Shown: positions 14,197 through 29,566 of the stretch, in pieces
Position numbering within the stretch: the stretch's first letter is position 1
How the letters are laid out: every line of letters starts with the position of its first letter
Assembly (NCBI GenBank): GCA_964016885.1
Contig: OZ024741.1
Location: 294,190,001-294,254,000, forward strand
Reading direction: 5' to 3'
Origin: Eledone cirrhosa
Taxonomy: Eukaryota
Length of the DNA: 64,000 nt
Made by a program: the position numbers and the translations under genes
Notes under the pieces: generated by a model
What the model saw: the letters and a program-made list of their open reading frames with translations, nothing else
Told to the model about the DNA's origin: nothing
Database searches by the model: none

Positions 14197-14222
14197 CATG
14201 TGTGTGTGTGTGTATGTATGTA

Positions 14223-14255
<33 letters not shown>

Positions 14256-15709
14256 GTATACACATGTGTATATATATATATATGTATCACTAACATCACT
14301 AACTCATTCCTCACTCCTATCTCTGTGCATGCATGTATATATATATATTCATTCTGCACATGTGCCTGTATGTGCACCCGTTTTGTGCATTTGCACGCAC
14401 CCTCTTCAGAATACACTCTGACCACCAGACAAGCACACATGCGCGACTGACCCCACCAGCCAACATTAATACCACACATGCCTGCACATATTCATATGTG
14501 TGGGTTTTCTCATCCACATACGCACACATCACTGATACTACCACCACCACACCACAGCATATACACACACCACCAATTCCACCACCCCTTCTCTATATCA
14601 TTGAGTCCATCACACCAACTTTCTCTCTCACCCACCACACATTCCCTCATCCTCTGTCCTCTCAACTCCATCTGACCACTGAATATAACACACAACCCCA
14701 CTTCCTTAGAACTCTGCTACCACCATCTCCCATACACACACATGCTCCCACATACTCCCTGCAAATACCCACATTCCTTTTTCTATTCCATTTTAACCAC
14801 CACCATCGCCGCCAGTATTACCTTCACCAACACCAACCCTCTGTATGGCATTGATTCTTCACACCAACTTTATCCCTCACCCACCACACACTCCTTCAAT
14901 CTCTGTCCCTTACACTATTTCTGACCACTGAATATAACACACACCCACTCCCTAGTTCTTTCTTAGAACTCTGTCACCACCATCTCTACACACACACACT
15001 GAAACTATCCACAATTTCTTTCTCTATTCCATTTTACTACAACCTTTTTGACTTTCAACTTACCAAGCCAGAACTTACCTGGAACCTACCTTCAATCAAC
15101 ATGGAACCTACCCATCTCAGACCCTACTAGACTTGTAAACCCACCCTAATACTTATGCATACCCACATACACGCACATGCACCTATACATGCAACCACAC
15201 AATACACACCAACAACCACACATCTCTGCCAAACAAACATACCAGCATACACACACTCACACATATGTACAAACACACCTCCACTAACAACACACTTAAC
15301 CCCCACACATATGCAAATGCATCATAATGTGCACCCCACTTAAACATACACACCCACTGCATGTCTGCCCCACTCATCCCAACGCCTACACCAGCATGCT
15401 GGCCCACTCGCCTCTCTACTCTTTTATATCTTTATTTTTCTATTTATTTTTCTTTCTAACTTTATTTTTATAACCTTTTATTTATTTGTATTTTTTATTC
15501 TTTAAAATTATTTTCTTTGCATTCTTCCTTTTGTGTTATTCCTGATGAAAGGTAAATGCCCGATACATTGACTATGTAACTCATTCTTCTTCCTCCAAGC
15601 AGGAAACTAATACACTTCATGTTATTGCATCCCATTGTTTGTTTGTTTCATGTTTCCTTGATTTATACATATATACATACGTATATACATATATATATAT
15701 GTATATATA

Positions 15710-15812
<103 letters not shown>

Positions 15813-16027
15813 CAAGGAGACAACAAACAGAGATAGGAAGTGTCTTATTAGTTTTGTGCTTTATATTGGAAAGAAGAAAGAAAGTTTGACGTGTCGGGCT
15901 TATAAAACGGCAGCACCAACAGTTTTGCAAGAGATGTCAACATGAATGGACCTATTATTTTTATCTCAAGACATTGTTTCCAATTCCATCCCGCCCATCC
16001 CCTCAATCTATTTTATTTTTCATTCTT

Positions 16028-16063
16028 TCTTCTGATGAAGGACTAGCATCCGAAACGTTAAGA
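16028..16063 (+). ncRNA. Minimal hammerhead ribozyme with loop-less stem III
   Basis: UCUU CUGAUGA A GGA cuagca UCC GAAA CG UU AAGA. Confidence 0.75.
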
Positions 16064-16147
16064 CATTCTTCCTGCTATATCAAGCGTTAACCTAATATAT
16101 ACCTTCCATATACTGTACCGATTGTGTTGTTATTTCTGTTTACCTTT

Positions 16148-16185
<38 letters not shown>

Positions 16186-16888
16186 CAATGAGTTATTTCA
16201 TTTGTTGGTTATTCAACAAATTTAGTTTATAACAGATTCGAAACACTCTACAGTATTTTTCTGGAGTATAAAATATCAATAATATTAATAAATGGAAACT
16301 ATCTTTATAGAACCATATCTATTTATTTTATATATTTTATTATTTATTTTATTATATATATGCCAACATTTTTGGTACGCCCTCATCAGATAAAATATAA
16401 AAGTTGTTTGAATAGTGAAAAAGAACAAATCTTAGGATGAATATGCTAATGAAGATAACGTTAAAATTGAAAAAGATTGTTATATTTAGATGCTAGGTAA
16501 ATTAAAATAATTATTAGGATTATTTCTTAAGGGAAGAGGAGATAGAGGTTAATATTAGGGTGGAAGAAATTTAAGGAAAGAATATAAGAAAAAAGTATAT
16601 TAGAGTTAGAAATAGACTGTTAATATGTATATAAATTGTATGGAACATATTTGTGAGAGTGTAGAGAAAGTGAAATAATTATATTTAATTATTTAATTAT
16701 ATATTTTGGGAGTAGCTATAATATAATGTGAGCATATTCTCCGAAATCATTAGACGTGCCCGTCGAACCTGCGAGTCCAGAATCAGACAGATCCACACAA
16801 TCATCGCGTCTCGAACTGTCTGCCAGGGAAACAATTGTAACACACAATAAATTAAGTTCAGATGCATCACTGATTTTTCGTTTTCTAT

Positions 16889-16920
<32 letters not shown>

Positions 16921-17144
16921 ATATTATATATATATATATAAATATATGTGTGTACATATATTTAGGCACACAGACACATTTATACACACAGATTTGTATA
17001 TACACACACAAACACACATACATATATTCACATGATATATACAGACGCAACAGAGGACACAAAATTACGGGTAAGGATATAAACACAGATCCACACGCAT
17101 AAACAATAAAAGAACAAGAACACAAGTAATAAATTACATGTAAA

Positions 17145-17196
<52 letters not shown>

Positions 17197-17919
17197 TATA
17201 TATATATACGCATATACATGCACCCACATACATACATACGCACACATATATACACCCACATACATACACACATACATACATACGCACACATATATACACA
17301 CACCCATATATATATATACATACACATACATACACACATATACATACACACACCTACACCCATATACATAGGCATAATAGGTATAGACATACCTAGAACA
17401 AACATTATAATGGAAATAAGTGAGAATACACACTCAATTATAAAAAAATACATATAAAAAGAATAAAAATGTATATATACTTAAAATATGGTGGGTATGT
17501 AAGGAAAAGGGGGAGGGCATAAATAAAATAAAATAAAATGAACAGGTGGCGGAGAAATTGTGTATAATATAATAGTTGTGGTAATATAATAGTTGTGGTA
17601 ATATAATAGTTGTGTATAATATAAATTGATCTAGGTAAAATGTATGTGTTCATAAGGTGATCTGGGTTAAAAAAAGATGGGGGGGGGGGTAATAGAGGGG
17701 GGACAGAATGAAGGAGGTGGGTGTGTATGTGTTAAGAGTATGACAGAAAAAGGAGGAGGGCATAAATCAAATGAAAGAAATAAATAAACAAGAGGTAGAT
17801 GATTGTATAAAATGGTAGAAAGTATATGTTTATAAGTTGAACTTGGTAAAATGTTGTGTTCGTAATGTGATGATCTGGGTAGTGAGTGGAAGAGTTAATA
17901 TATAAAGAGGAAGCTCAGG

Positions 17920-18104
17920 GTGGTTGAGTGATCGTAGGTGTGGACAACTTCTGAAGATCTCAGTTTTAGAGTTGAGGCAAGCGGTAGGGGTTTTCAAATT
18001 TTGAAGTATTCTATATTTTTCTGTTATACACAAAGAACATTTCTTTGTGCCCCTCTGATATTCATTTGAATGGTATAAAATTGACCAATCAATCGAGTAT
18101 GGAA

Positions 18105-18189
<85 letters not shown>

Positions 18190-18345
18190 GGGATAGAACC
18201 ACTTTTAAACTAGTTAGACATTGCCCAACAAAGTTCTTGATACTTGGGATTGTAGAGTATGGCTACATTATAAAGCTCTTGTCTTGCTGTAAGTCTGGAA
18301 CTAGCTATTGAAATGGTAAGAGCTCAGCTGTCAGGTTCCATCTCT
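17920..18345 (-). pseudogene. Decayed GIY-YIG C-terminus of a different PLE family, split by (GT)n
   Basis: Minus-strand NFVGQCLTSLKVVLS and CITEKYRIL...CLNSKTEIFRSCPH resemble PLE endonuclease ends. Confidence 0.6.
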
Positions 18346-18346
18346 T

Positions 18347-18383
<37 letters not shown>

Positions 18384-18451
18384 ATGTAACGTCCTGCAGT
18401 TACAGTAGATTCACCCGAGTGAGTGCTCGATGTTTCGTTTCTAGTGAAGAC

Positions 18452-21082
18452 ATAACAGATTGTGTAACGCTTTAGCAATAGAGAAAAATAGAGCAGAGGG
18501 AGAACTAGTTAGAAAATTAGACGAGGCGCTTAGCTAAGGCATCGCGACCGACGTACTTGTGGTGAAATGGGCCCTTGACCAATCCTTCAAAGCAAAGCAC
18601 GAAGGCTGCGTTGTCAGAGCTAGGGTGCGTGCTCTCAGACATGAGAACACGAAAGCTGTTCAATGGGCCTGAGTGGAGGAGGCGCGTCGTGGCAACACAG
18701 CCACGATCCGGTCTTTGGTGGACCAAAACGGGCGCATGCCACTCGATCCTAGGCAAATGTGTGAAGCTTTTCAGCAACACTTCGCTCAGCTGTTCGGGGG
18801 CAGCGGCGGGCCGAATCGAGGGATGGACTTTAGTGTCTACCTCGACCACTGAGGCGGAGTGTTGCGAAAAGCCGATAACAGCAGCTGAAGTATGGGAGGC
18901 AATGACTGGCTGCACAAGGAGTAAATCGCCTGGTTTGGATGGTCTGCCCTATGAACTTTACGTACAGATGCCAGACTTGTTCGGAGGCCTCTTGGCAGAG
19001 GTCTACTGCAACTGACAACAGAACGGGAGAATTCCCAGTTCTGTGAGCCGAGGAGCGGTGGCACTGCTGAAAACGGATCCAAACAAGGGGGATAACATAG
19101 ATAATGTCAGGCCCATAACTCTGCTAAACACAGAGTTCAAGATTTTGGCCAAGGTGCTAGCAAAGAGGGTGGCGCTTGTCGTTGGTGGTCTGGTAGGAGA
19201 GGCGCATATATGCACCATTCCCGACAGATCCATCCACGACAACCTCCACCTCATGCGATACATCGGGATGAGGGTAGCTAGGGAACCTAGCACGGGTGGG
19301 TCCTTGATCAATTTAGATCAGTCGAAAGCTTTTGATAGGGTCGACCATCGTTATCTGGCGGCAGTCCTGAGGGCGGCTGGCTTTGGGCCCATCTTCAGAG
19401 GCTGGATCGCTGCCATGCACAGCGACATCTGCTCTGTGGTGAGAGTGAACGGTCACCTTTCGGAACCGTTCAACATCATGCGCTCGGGCCGCCAAGGATG
19501 TCCCCTCTCGTCCCTCTTGTACGTATTGACTCTCGAGCCATTACTGCACAAACTGGAGACGTTGAAGCGGGTCCTGCACAATCTAGGATGCGGAAGATCC
19601 GCTCAGCATATGCGGACGATGTCACCGTAGTGGTGTTGAACGCCAAACACATCGAGGCCACCGGCACTACACTAAGAGAATATGAAGCGGTGACAGAAGC
19701 AATGATCAACCAGGAAAAGTCAGTGGGCCTGCAGCTCAGTACCTGGAGAGGCAGGTCCATGCTGTCCAACAGCGTCGTCGGGTGCTAGACGGACAGACCG
19801 GTTAAATTGCTAGGGGTCTGGTTCGATCCGGAACTCCAGACGGACAAAAACTGGGATGAGGTGACGAGCAGGTTGGCTTCTCTCACCCAGACGTAGAGGA
19901 AGCTATCCCTGAAAGGTCGAGCGGAGGTGGCTAACGAGTTACATCGCGTCCATCATCTACTACCGCCTGATCGTCGTACCTTGTCCTAAGCCCCACCTGA
20001 CTGCGCTGGAGTGTTTGCTCTTTCGCTTTTTGTGGTCACCGTTTGCTAGACGCGTCTTTCCCCAGCTCGTCTCCTTGATGGTGCTGCAGTCCTGGGTCAA
20101 ACGAAGACTGAGAGGAAGCGCTTGGAGACTGGAATGTCTTCAGGCGCTCACAGCCCTCGACCAATCGGGCAATGTGATCGGGGGAAACTCCCCCTTGGCA
20201 TTCTATAGAGGATTAGTGGAGGGAAGAGCGCTGACATACTTGGGGAAACTCTAGGCATCGACGAAAATCAACTAGCCAATCTCGTTGAAAGAACTTTCGG
20301 GCCGGGTCCTATGGACAACATCCAGAAATCCCTGGCCTGGCAGTGCTACCGAGGAGTTTTGCCAGTTCAGGATAAATGGCATGGAGGTGCCATCAGCCGG
20401 GCATATCCGAGATGCGCGCAGGGCGATGAAACCGTCCTGCACGCACTCGTCCAGTGTCCGAACATTGCTGACTTGTGGGTTTATGTTGAACACCTGCTGC
20501 CGCGTGTAGGACGGATCCAGCTATCAGCTGAGTCCATCGTGAGGATTGCCCCGCCCTCTTCCTTTAGCCGAGAAGAGCAGGCAGTTTTTATCTGTCTGGT
20601 GGCCATGGCGAAAGTGATAGTATGGTGGACACATTTGAAAGGGCTGAAGATGAGCACTTACCTCTTCGGTGATTCCCTGATTAACTTTTTCAAATTTCAT
20701 TTGAAAAGGAAAATCAGGGTAGAGAGGGAGGTGCTCTCTTCCCAGCATTTTATTGAAGATGGGTGAGAGAGGCAAGAATGGCCCGAGTGAATGGGCCTAC
20801 TCTGAGTATGTGTCTGTAAATTAAAGGTGGAAAACTGGGAGAGGGCACTTGCCCTGGTGGTCAGGGTCACTGTGGCTTTTTAATGGGCTTTCTCCACGAA
20901 TGTCCCTCGGAAGTCTCCCCCGTATTGGGGAATTTTTCATTGTTATTTTTTTGTTACATCCTCTGTTTTTTTTTTTACACGCAGAAATGCCCATTTGTAC
21001 CGTCCTGTATTGTCCTGTACTGTCCTTAATGTCTACTTTATGTAAACCCTTGTGGTTAATAAAGAAAGTATTATTATTATTT
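18452..21082 (+). mobile_element. L1/Tx1-clade LINE, 5'-truncated, frameshifted ORF2
   Basis: SKSPGLDGLPYELY, RPITLLNTEFKILAK, NLDQSKAFDRVDH, RQGCPLS, SAYADD, C-terminal zinc knuckle (Y/C)PRC...ETVLHALVQC; (ATT)n tail. Confidence 0.92.
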
Positions 21083-21243
21083 ACTAGAATAAAGTACCAG
21101 TAATGCATTGGGTAATTGCTGGCCTTGTGCCAAAAGTAGAAACAATTATTATTATTATTATTATATATATAAAATCACTTATGTAATGTTGTCAAACTAT
21201 GAAACTTAAGGTTGTACTATAAATGTTCATGTATACAAATCAT

Positions 21244-21311
<68 letters not shown>

Positions 21312-21710
21312 ATATAGAATAACATGAGAACTGATGATGTAAAACATTTTGTTGAATATTACTGACACACAACTTCTAAGTTTACGTTAACATTTATCAA
21401 TATAATTGTTTTTGTTATTGTTTTAAGCTCTAACAACTTGTTAGCTATATGACGCCAGATCTATCTACCATGCCCACCTACCATTGCATTCATCATGTTT
21501 CCTTTGCATATCAATGAGATGCTAGGATTAAATGTACCATATATATATTTGTCTTTGAGACAGATTTCTTACAAAAGAATTTCCACGAAAGAATCTCTTC
21601 TAATCTATTCCATGCTTCATTTGGACTTACATGATATATGTTTGGGTATATGTAAATATTTTCATGCATACATACACATGCACACAAACATATATGCACA
21701 TACATGTATG

Positions 21711-21743
<33 letters not shown>

Positions 21744-21750
21744 ACACATA

Positions 21751-21800
<50 letters not shown>

Positions 21801-23481
21801 CACACACACATACATACACACACATGTGTGAAGTGAGTAACATATATGATTGATCAGAATGTTCAGTAAAAAAAATGTAGTAGAAATAAATATCTAACTG
21901 TATATATATCATAACATACACAGAACAATGAATTGTTATTTTTTGAGATCAGTGTTACATGCACTGCTTTTCTTTTTACAACTTTGCCGCTCAGATTTGA
22001 TATCAGTTAGATTTATTGAAGCCTTGCAATAATACAAAGCTACAATACTGTTCTGTATTAAACCATTGCTAGGAACATAGCTGTAAGTGTGTTGGACTCA
22101 TGATCATAATGTCAGGGGTTTGTTCCTAGACAGAAATTATGAGAGTAGAGCCCAAAACACTGAACCTCAAAGAGGACACGATGAATGAAAGAAGCTGTAA
22201 AGGCAAAAACCCATCCAACCCATGCATGTTTGGGAAACTGGACATAAATGATGATATAATGATCAGCATCATATCTTTCTCAGATACAAGCCAAAACTAG
22301 GAAAAATAGCACTTATGACAAGCAGTGAATTTACGTCCCTTCCTAAGTGGTGCTCATGGCATGTGCCATGCTTGCCATACACTAGTTATGAAATAGCTGC
22401 TATAGTGCTTCTCACTCATGATAATCAAAGACAGATCATACATCTGATAGCTTATCTGACTTTAATCCTTTACTATTTACTATTGTATATTTGCAGTACA
22501 GGTTTTATTTCACAATCTTGAATCTACGAGATTTGATGATCTTATTGTTTATTTTAAGAACAATATTTTAATGTCGGTGTAAGTTGCTGGTTACGGCTAG
22601 CTTGAAAAGGGGGAGAGAATTCTGGCCGGATACAGCCAGTTTAAATGCTAAAGGGTTAATAGAAAGTGCTCTTAGTTAAGTGGCATCCTTCTTCTAGTGA
22701 CACCCATGACACATGCCATGCTTGCCATACCCTAGTTATGATCCAGACACTATAGGGCTTCTCACTCATGAGAATCAAAGACAGATCATACGACTGATAG
22801 ATTATCTGACATTAATTAAAATTGTTCCTAGTTCAAGTGGCGTTCTTCTTCAAGTGAAACTCATGACATGCCATGGGCACCATATTCTAGTTACAACTCT
22901 GTTCTCTGAATATATTAACCTAAATTTTCTGCTCAGTTTGTCAAAGCAATATCTCATCTACCAATGTATTGTTTGTTTTCTTTTCATAGAGATAGACAAT
23001 TTGATAAAGCATAAGGTCCTTAAGGTTACTTGCTGGCTCTAATAATTCTTTCTATGATGTACAGCTGCTTTGGACACCATTAGCAGCAACTCACCTGCCT
23101 ACAAGACATTTGCTAAAGTCATATATCTCAATTTATGTAAAATATAGTCATATTTCTTAGCTGCTATATTTCCATTGTTGCTCAAACTGTCTTTGCAGAT
23201 GCACTTGCACACGATATGTCACACACACACACTCACATACATACTCACACACACAGTTATAAACAGACACACATATAATGGATTATGTGCATATATCTAC
23301 ATTTCAAACAGTGTGTTTTCAGTATATCTCTGTGTGACGAGTGAGAGAAAGAGATGGCACACACACACACATGCATGCACGCACGCATGCACACACACAT
23401 TCACATAATGGACTCTGAATACATATCTGCATTTCTAACAGTTTCAACATGTATTTATGTGGGTGTGTATATATATATATA

Positions 23482-23893
23482 TAAAGCCGACCTTACCCAA
23501 TTACACCTCTCAAAGACAATGACACACGACCGTGACTTCTGGCGTCACGCAGTAATACAGAGTACCCGACCTCCCATGGGTACATGCTGAAGCATATAAA
23601 CAATATGCTCCCACACACCCCACCGCAAGGTGGTCGTGGAGGTGCCACGGCAAAAAAGCACCCAGCCCACACTGTAAAGTGGACATGTAGGCGCCACGAA
23701 AAAGCACCCAGCACTCACTGTAAATGAGGTTGGTGTTAGGAAGGGCATCCAGCTGTAGAAATCAAGCCAGATCAGTTCCTGTATGAGCAAGGCATGGTCA
23801 GCCGACCAGACACTGCACACAACAGGACAACCCGTCTAACCCATGCTAGCGTGGAAGAACGGACGTAAAACGGTGATGATGATGATGATGATG
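23482..23893 (+). mobile_element. 3' end of RTE family 1
   Basis: Nearly identical to 7118-7530. Confidence 0.88.
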
Positions 23894-23913
23894 ATATATA
23901 TATATATATATAT

Positions 23914-24030
23914 GACAGTCCTATGCGAGCAAGACAACCACTCTTGCCTCAAGTGGGAAAACTCCCGTCCAAACCCATGCAAGCGTGGAATATGGACGTT
24001 AAACGATGATGATGATGATGATGATGATGA
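23914..24030 (+). mobile_element. 3' tip of RTE family 2
   Basis: Matches 7831-7943. Confidence 0.8.
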
Positions 24031-24175
24031 TATATATATAACACATACATATATGATTTATCTCATTTAGAAGTGAAACAGTTTTAGCACTGTAGAGGTC
24101 ATTTCTATCTGAAATAAATCATGCACTTCCTGCATTTAATGAATTGAATACCTTATTCAATTGTGGTCTCTTTTC

Positions 24176-24212
<37 letters not shown>

Positions 24213-25215
24213 ACGGGCTATGTAGATGATGCAGCTGCATCTAGTCTTTTGTAGTGTTACGTAAGTGAAAATTGGGAATGAGCTAGACATGGGGTAAGTG
24301 AGCTATAGGGAGCTGGAAGGAAAGAAGAAAGAGGAAGAAATTGTAGTTGGAGCAAAATGTCAAGATATAACTTGTTAAAATAGTAAACATTTTGTGTTTA
24401 AGTTTTATTATTTGTTAGGGTAAAATAAGATGAAAAGGAATGAAAAAAAAAAGAATTAAACAAATTAAAATTAAAAGGGTTAGAGGTTGGAATTATGATG
24501 CTCGTACACAAAAGCACACACACACATGTATACATATAAAATAATGAAACAAAGCTATCGAATAGGACCGATACAGCTTCAGTTGTTTTCTCACTCACTC
24601 AATAATTTAATTAAATGTATATCATTAAGATACCTACTCCAAAAAATAAGAGAGCAGACTTGTACATTATTCAATGGATAGGAAATTGGAGTTACCAATT
24701 TCTACAATTCTGATCTACAGGCAGTAGTCAGAATTGAACCACCATGTGTAAAAATTAGATAATGTTAATATACATTGCATAAGTTTTCAGGAAAGGTATT
24801 TTCAGCAGGAGTTTGCCTCCCTGAAATGGAAAGGTCTATTTAGCCACCTAGAACACTATGTTGATGGACACCAGCAAGTGTAGTAGTAATCATCAACACT
24901 CAGTGGCACATAACTTCACATCAAGGAGGAATCAAGCCATACCTGAGCATTTGCAGGGATCACTCATGGCGTTGATTCAAATTGAAAAAAATTAACATGC
25001 TAGAAGCACTCAACCTCTAATGTTGTGTCCTGTGCTGCCATAGAGAAAACAAAGACAGAGTTGTTTAAATAAATAAATCTAACTAGAATAAAGAAAATAA
25101 AAATGTTTAACTTATACTTTAAATGCAGGTTAGTCTCCTGCATGTTAAAAATAATTATGAAACAAAGGTTATGAAATGGAATGGACACAGAATAAGAAAT
25201 AGGATGAGTTTAAAT

Positions 25216-25377
25216 GAGAGATTTTCAAAGTGGGCACTACTGCCCCCAGGGGATGTTCAGAAGGTCCAGGGGATGTTAGCATGTAGGCAGGGCTCTCTGG
25301 AAATAGGATTGGGGTGCTAAGGGTATTATTACGTGGCCGTGAAGGGGGCGGTGGCCCAAAATGTTTGAGAACCTCTG
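25216..25377. mobile_element. hAT-type MITE
   Basis: Imperfect TIRs GAGAGATTTTCAAA / TTTGAGAACCTCTG; identical 8-bp flanks GTTTAAAT. Confidence 0.78.
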
Positions 25378-26140
25378 GTTTAAATGAACATTAAAAATTC
25401 CATAGGAAACTAGAATTGTTTAGTGTAATTTCTTCATGCACATTCCTATCCACCACTCCACTCACACACATAACTAACAACCACCACCACCATCCTACTC
25501 ATACACATCATTAACCACCACCACCCACTCACACACATCACTAACCACCATCACCACCACCACCACCACCACCACCACCACCACTACCACCACCATCAGC
25601 CACTCACACACATAACTAACAACCACCACCACCATCCCACCCATACACATCATTAACCACCACCACCACCACCACCACCACCCACTCACACACATCACTA
25701 ACCACGACCACCACCACCACCACCACCACTACTACCACCACCACCTACTCACACACATCACCATCCATCACCACCACCACCACCACCACCATCTACTCAT
25801 ACACCCCCACCATCATTCCATTCATACATATACATACACTTTTGGCTGTAACAACAACAACAGCAAAAACAACAATAATAATAAATAAATATATATATAA
25901 ATAAATAAATTGCTATAGTAAGACAAAGACTTGAATATTTGAGAAAGTTCCAGAAAAAAACGCGATTATTAAATTTAAGATAACACGTACAAAGACGACC
26001 TGATGAATGGCTTTAAATTTGACCATTAAATGTAATATTAGTTTACATAGGTTACTTGGACATTGGCCAAAATGGTCAGTTGAGACAAACAGTCTATCTT
26101 GTTTGTGTGTGATCAATTCTTAATGTTGTTATATATATAT

Positions 26141-26716
26141 GGAGAGAGGAGGAAGAAAATAAGTTACATATATTGACAGAGGGGAGAAGAGAGTAAGTTA
26201 TGTATATTGAGAGAGGAGGAAGAGAGTAAGTTAGATATATTGAGAGAGGGAGAAGAGAGTAAGTTACATATATTGACAGAGGGGGAAGAGAGTAAGTTAC
26301 ATAGATTAAGAGGGGGAAACGAATAAGTTACATATATTGAGAGAGGGGAAGAGAGTAAATTATGTATATTGAGAGGGAGAAGAGAGTAATTTACATATAT
26401 TGAGAGGGGGAAGAGAATAAGTTACTATGTTGAGAGAGGGGGAAGAGAGTAAGTTATCTATATTGAGAGAGGAGGAAGAGAGTAATTTACATATATTAAG
26501 AGGGGGAAGAGAATAAGTTACATATATTGAGAGAAGGAGAAGAGGGTAAGTTATGTATATTGAGAGAGGAGGAAGGGAGTAAGTTAGATATATTGAGAGA
26601 GGGGGAAGAGAGTAAGTTAGATATATTGAGAGAGGGGGAAGAGAGTAAGTTACATATATTGAGAGAGGGGGAAGAGAGTAAGTTACATATATTGAGATAG
26701 GCAGAAAAGAATAAGT
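26141..26716 (+). repeat. About 33-bp purine-rich minisatellite
   Basis: GAGAGGGGGAAGAGAGTAAGTTACATATATTGA units. Confidence 0.9.
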
Positions 26717-27009
26717 TTGAAGGAGGGAAGGGAAGAGAGTTATTACTAAATGTTTTCATTTTCTTACTAATCATCCATTTCATATCACATCCATTCCATA
26801 TGACAGGACTCACACCTGTGAGTAGCCAACTATGCTGCAATAGCAGTTAGGGAGGGATGTGGTCCGGAGAACACCGGAAGTCTCTACTACCACAGGCTCA
26901 ACAACAAACCTATCAGAAAACGGTTGATATTTTGACAGTTTGCTATTAACTTGAAAATATTCTCATATTTTTGTATGTATGGTAATGGAGCTCTGTAGGT
27001 GTACCCTTT

Positions 27010-27248
27010 AATGTAATTCTCAGGGAGATTCAGCATGATGCAGTGTATGACAAAGCTAGTACCTTGAATTACAGGTGCAGTTTATCTGACAGGTTGCCAA
27101 GCAGCTTCTGTCCACCCATTTTTTACTCATAAGGCATGCATTGATCCAAGGCTATAGTAAATAACACTTGCCCAAGATACCATACATTTGAATCGAAGCA
27201 GGGACTTAATGATTGTGAAACAAACTCCTTAACCATTTAGTCATGCTG
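27010..27248 (-). mobile_element. Degraded tRNA-derived SINE
   Basis: Minus-strand A/B-box-like head followed by a TTGGGCAAGTG CORE-like segment. Confidence 0.55.
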
Positions 27249-27262
27249 TGTGTAACTTAATT

Positions 27263-27425
27263 GTAACTTACTCTCTTCTCCCTCTCTCAATATATCTAAC
27301 TTACTCTCTTCTCCCTCTCTCAATATATCTAACTTACTCTCTTCCTCCTCTCTCAATATACATAACTTACTCTGTTCTCCCTCTGTCAATATATGTAACT
27401 CATTCTCTTCCCCCTCTTAATATAT
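27263..27425 (-). repeat. Inverted copy of the 33-bp minisatellite
   Basis: Reverse complement of the first units of the 26141-26716 array. Confidence 0.88.
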
Positions 27426-27799
27426 GTGTAAATTATGTATACAGTGTAGCCAAGAAGGTGAATTAACAGGGTTGTTAGGTCAGATGGAATCTTTTGTGGT
27501 ATTTACACTGGCTCTCTGCTCTTGGACTTTTCAACTTTGTCATATATACTTTTGGCCATTATTGACAAATAGAATAAATGATTCTTCTTCTTCTTCTTCT
27601 TCTTCTTCTTCTTCTTCTTCTTCTTCTTCTTCTTCTTCTTCTTCTTCTTCTTCTTCTTCTTCTTCACGCTAGAGTCCATTAGGAGTTTTGTTGTAGTTGT
27701 TTTTGTTGGTGGGTTTGTTATTAGGGGAGTGGATGATAAAGTTGTTGTTGATTTTGGTAGTGAGGATGTTGTTGTTGCTGATGGTGCTGATGATTAAAA

Positions 27800-28093
27800 G
27801 TGAAACACTGGGTATAAGAGGAATCAGATGTAGTGTGAAAAAGAGAAGACTGTGGTGGTATGGATATATAATATGTATGGATGATGATTGTTGGGTGAAG
27901 AAGAAACAGGAGTTCCCCTTAGAAGGAAGCTAGTTTAAAGGAAGGCCAAAGAAGACCTGGGAAGAAGAGCCAAAACTGGAACTCAAAACACTAAACATAG
28001 CAGAGAACACAGTAGGTGATGGGTATCTGTGCTGGAAAATACCTGTCCAAACCATGGAAGCATGGAAGAGTAGATGTGAAAGCTGATGATGAT
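27800..28093 (+). mobile_element. Old RTE 3' fragment
   Basis: LGIRGIRCSVKKRRLWWYG...GRPKKTW; (GAT)n tail. Confidence 0.72.
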
Positions 28094-28919
28094 GTATATA
28101 TTATTTGACCTATAATATGTATAAATGTTGCAAATAATTTTACAGAATTGTCATATTTTTCTCTCCCAATGTTATTAATGGACAAGTTTGATTTACCATA
28201 GTGATTCCACTCTGCTTCATTCCCAAACTCTGGAGGTCTCTCACAAAAATGATTCTTGAGGGACATTGGGAGAGAGAGGTGTGTATATATATATATAATA
28301 GTCAGAGAAAATGAGTGAGAAAAACAGAGATTGCGAAGTGTAAGAGAGAGTGAGGGTGGTGATGGAAACTTGATTCTACTCTGGCTATTATGAAATATAT
28401 TGAGAAAGAAAGAGTAAGAGATAATGAGAGAGAGAGAGAGAGGCGGAGGGAGAGAGAAATGGAGATGGGGGTAGTCATCAGATATAAAACAGCGCGGTCA
28501 TCAATATGAAGATAAGTAACTATTACAAATTATTCCTGATTTCTTTCTTGGATAAGGACATAAGGACAGGTTTTTAACGAGGCCAGAAGACATATTAATC
28601 ATTATCATCAGTTATTATCGTTATTATTGTTGTTGTTGTTTTAGTATCATTTGCTGTATCTGTAATGCAATGATTGAAAGATGGGAAGGGAAAAATAAAA
28701 ATAAAAAAACCTTTTAACCTAATCAAAGCTTTTAAGTTGGTATTTAACATCTGCCAGTCTCATCTCACAATACTACTCTCTCTCTCCCTCTCTCTCTCAC
28801 TCCCTCTCTTTCTCTCTCTCTTGCTCCCACTCCCACTCTCTCCCTCCCTCTGTCTCTCTCCATCTCCCTCTTGCTCTATCCCTCCTCTCTCTCATTGTCT
28901 CTTTCAGTCTGTTTCATTG

Positions 28920-29034
<115 letters not shown>

Positions 29035-29566
29035 CATTAGTTCCTAGGCATGACTGATGACTGTGATATAATGACATTATGTTATGAGCTGGGGAAGGGT
29101 TCGAAATAAATGCTCTTAAGAAATAAAATAAATACAAAATAATAATAAAATAATAATAATGATGATTTTGGTTTTTAAGCTAAGCCAAAAGCAAGTAATT
29201 TTTATGGGGAGGGGAAGTGGATTATATCAACTCCAGTATTTAGGTGGTATCTTATTTATTGACCTTGAAAGGATGAGGTGCAAAATTGACCTCAGCAGGA
29301 TCTGAACTTGGAAATAAAGCATTTGAAGATATATCACAAAACATTCTGTTCAAGGCTCTTATGAGTCTGACAATCTACTGCCCTTATAATAATTGTTTCT
29401 ACTTTAGGCACAAGGTCAGCAATTACCCAGTGCATTACTGGTACTTTATAATAATGGTTTCTGAATAAGGTACATAGCCAATCATTATTTGGGGAGTGAG
29501 GTGAAAGCTGATTAAATCAACCCCAGTACATTACTGATGTTTTATTTTATCAACCCCTTATAATAA

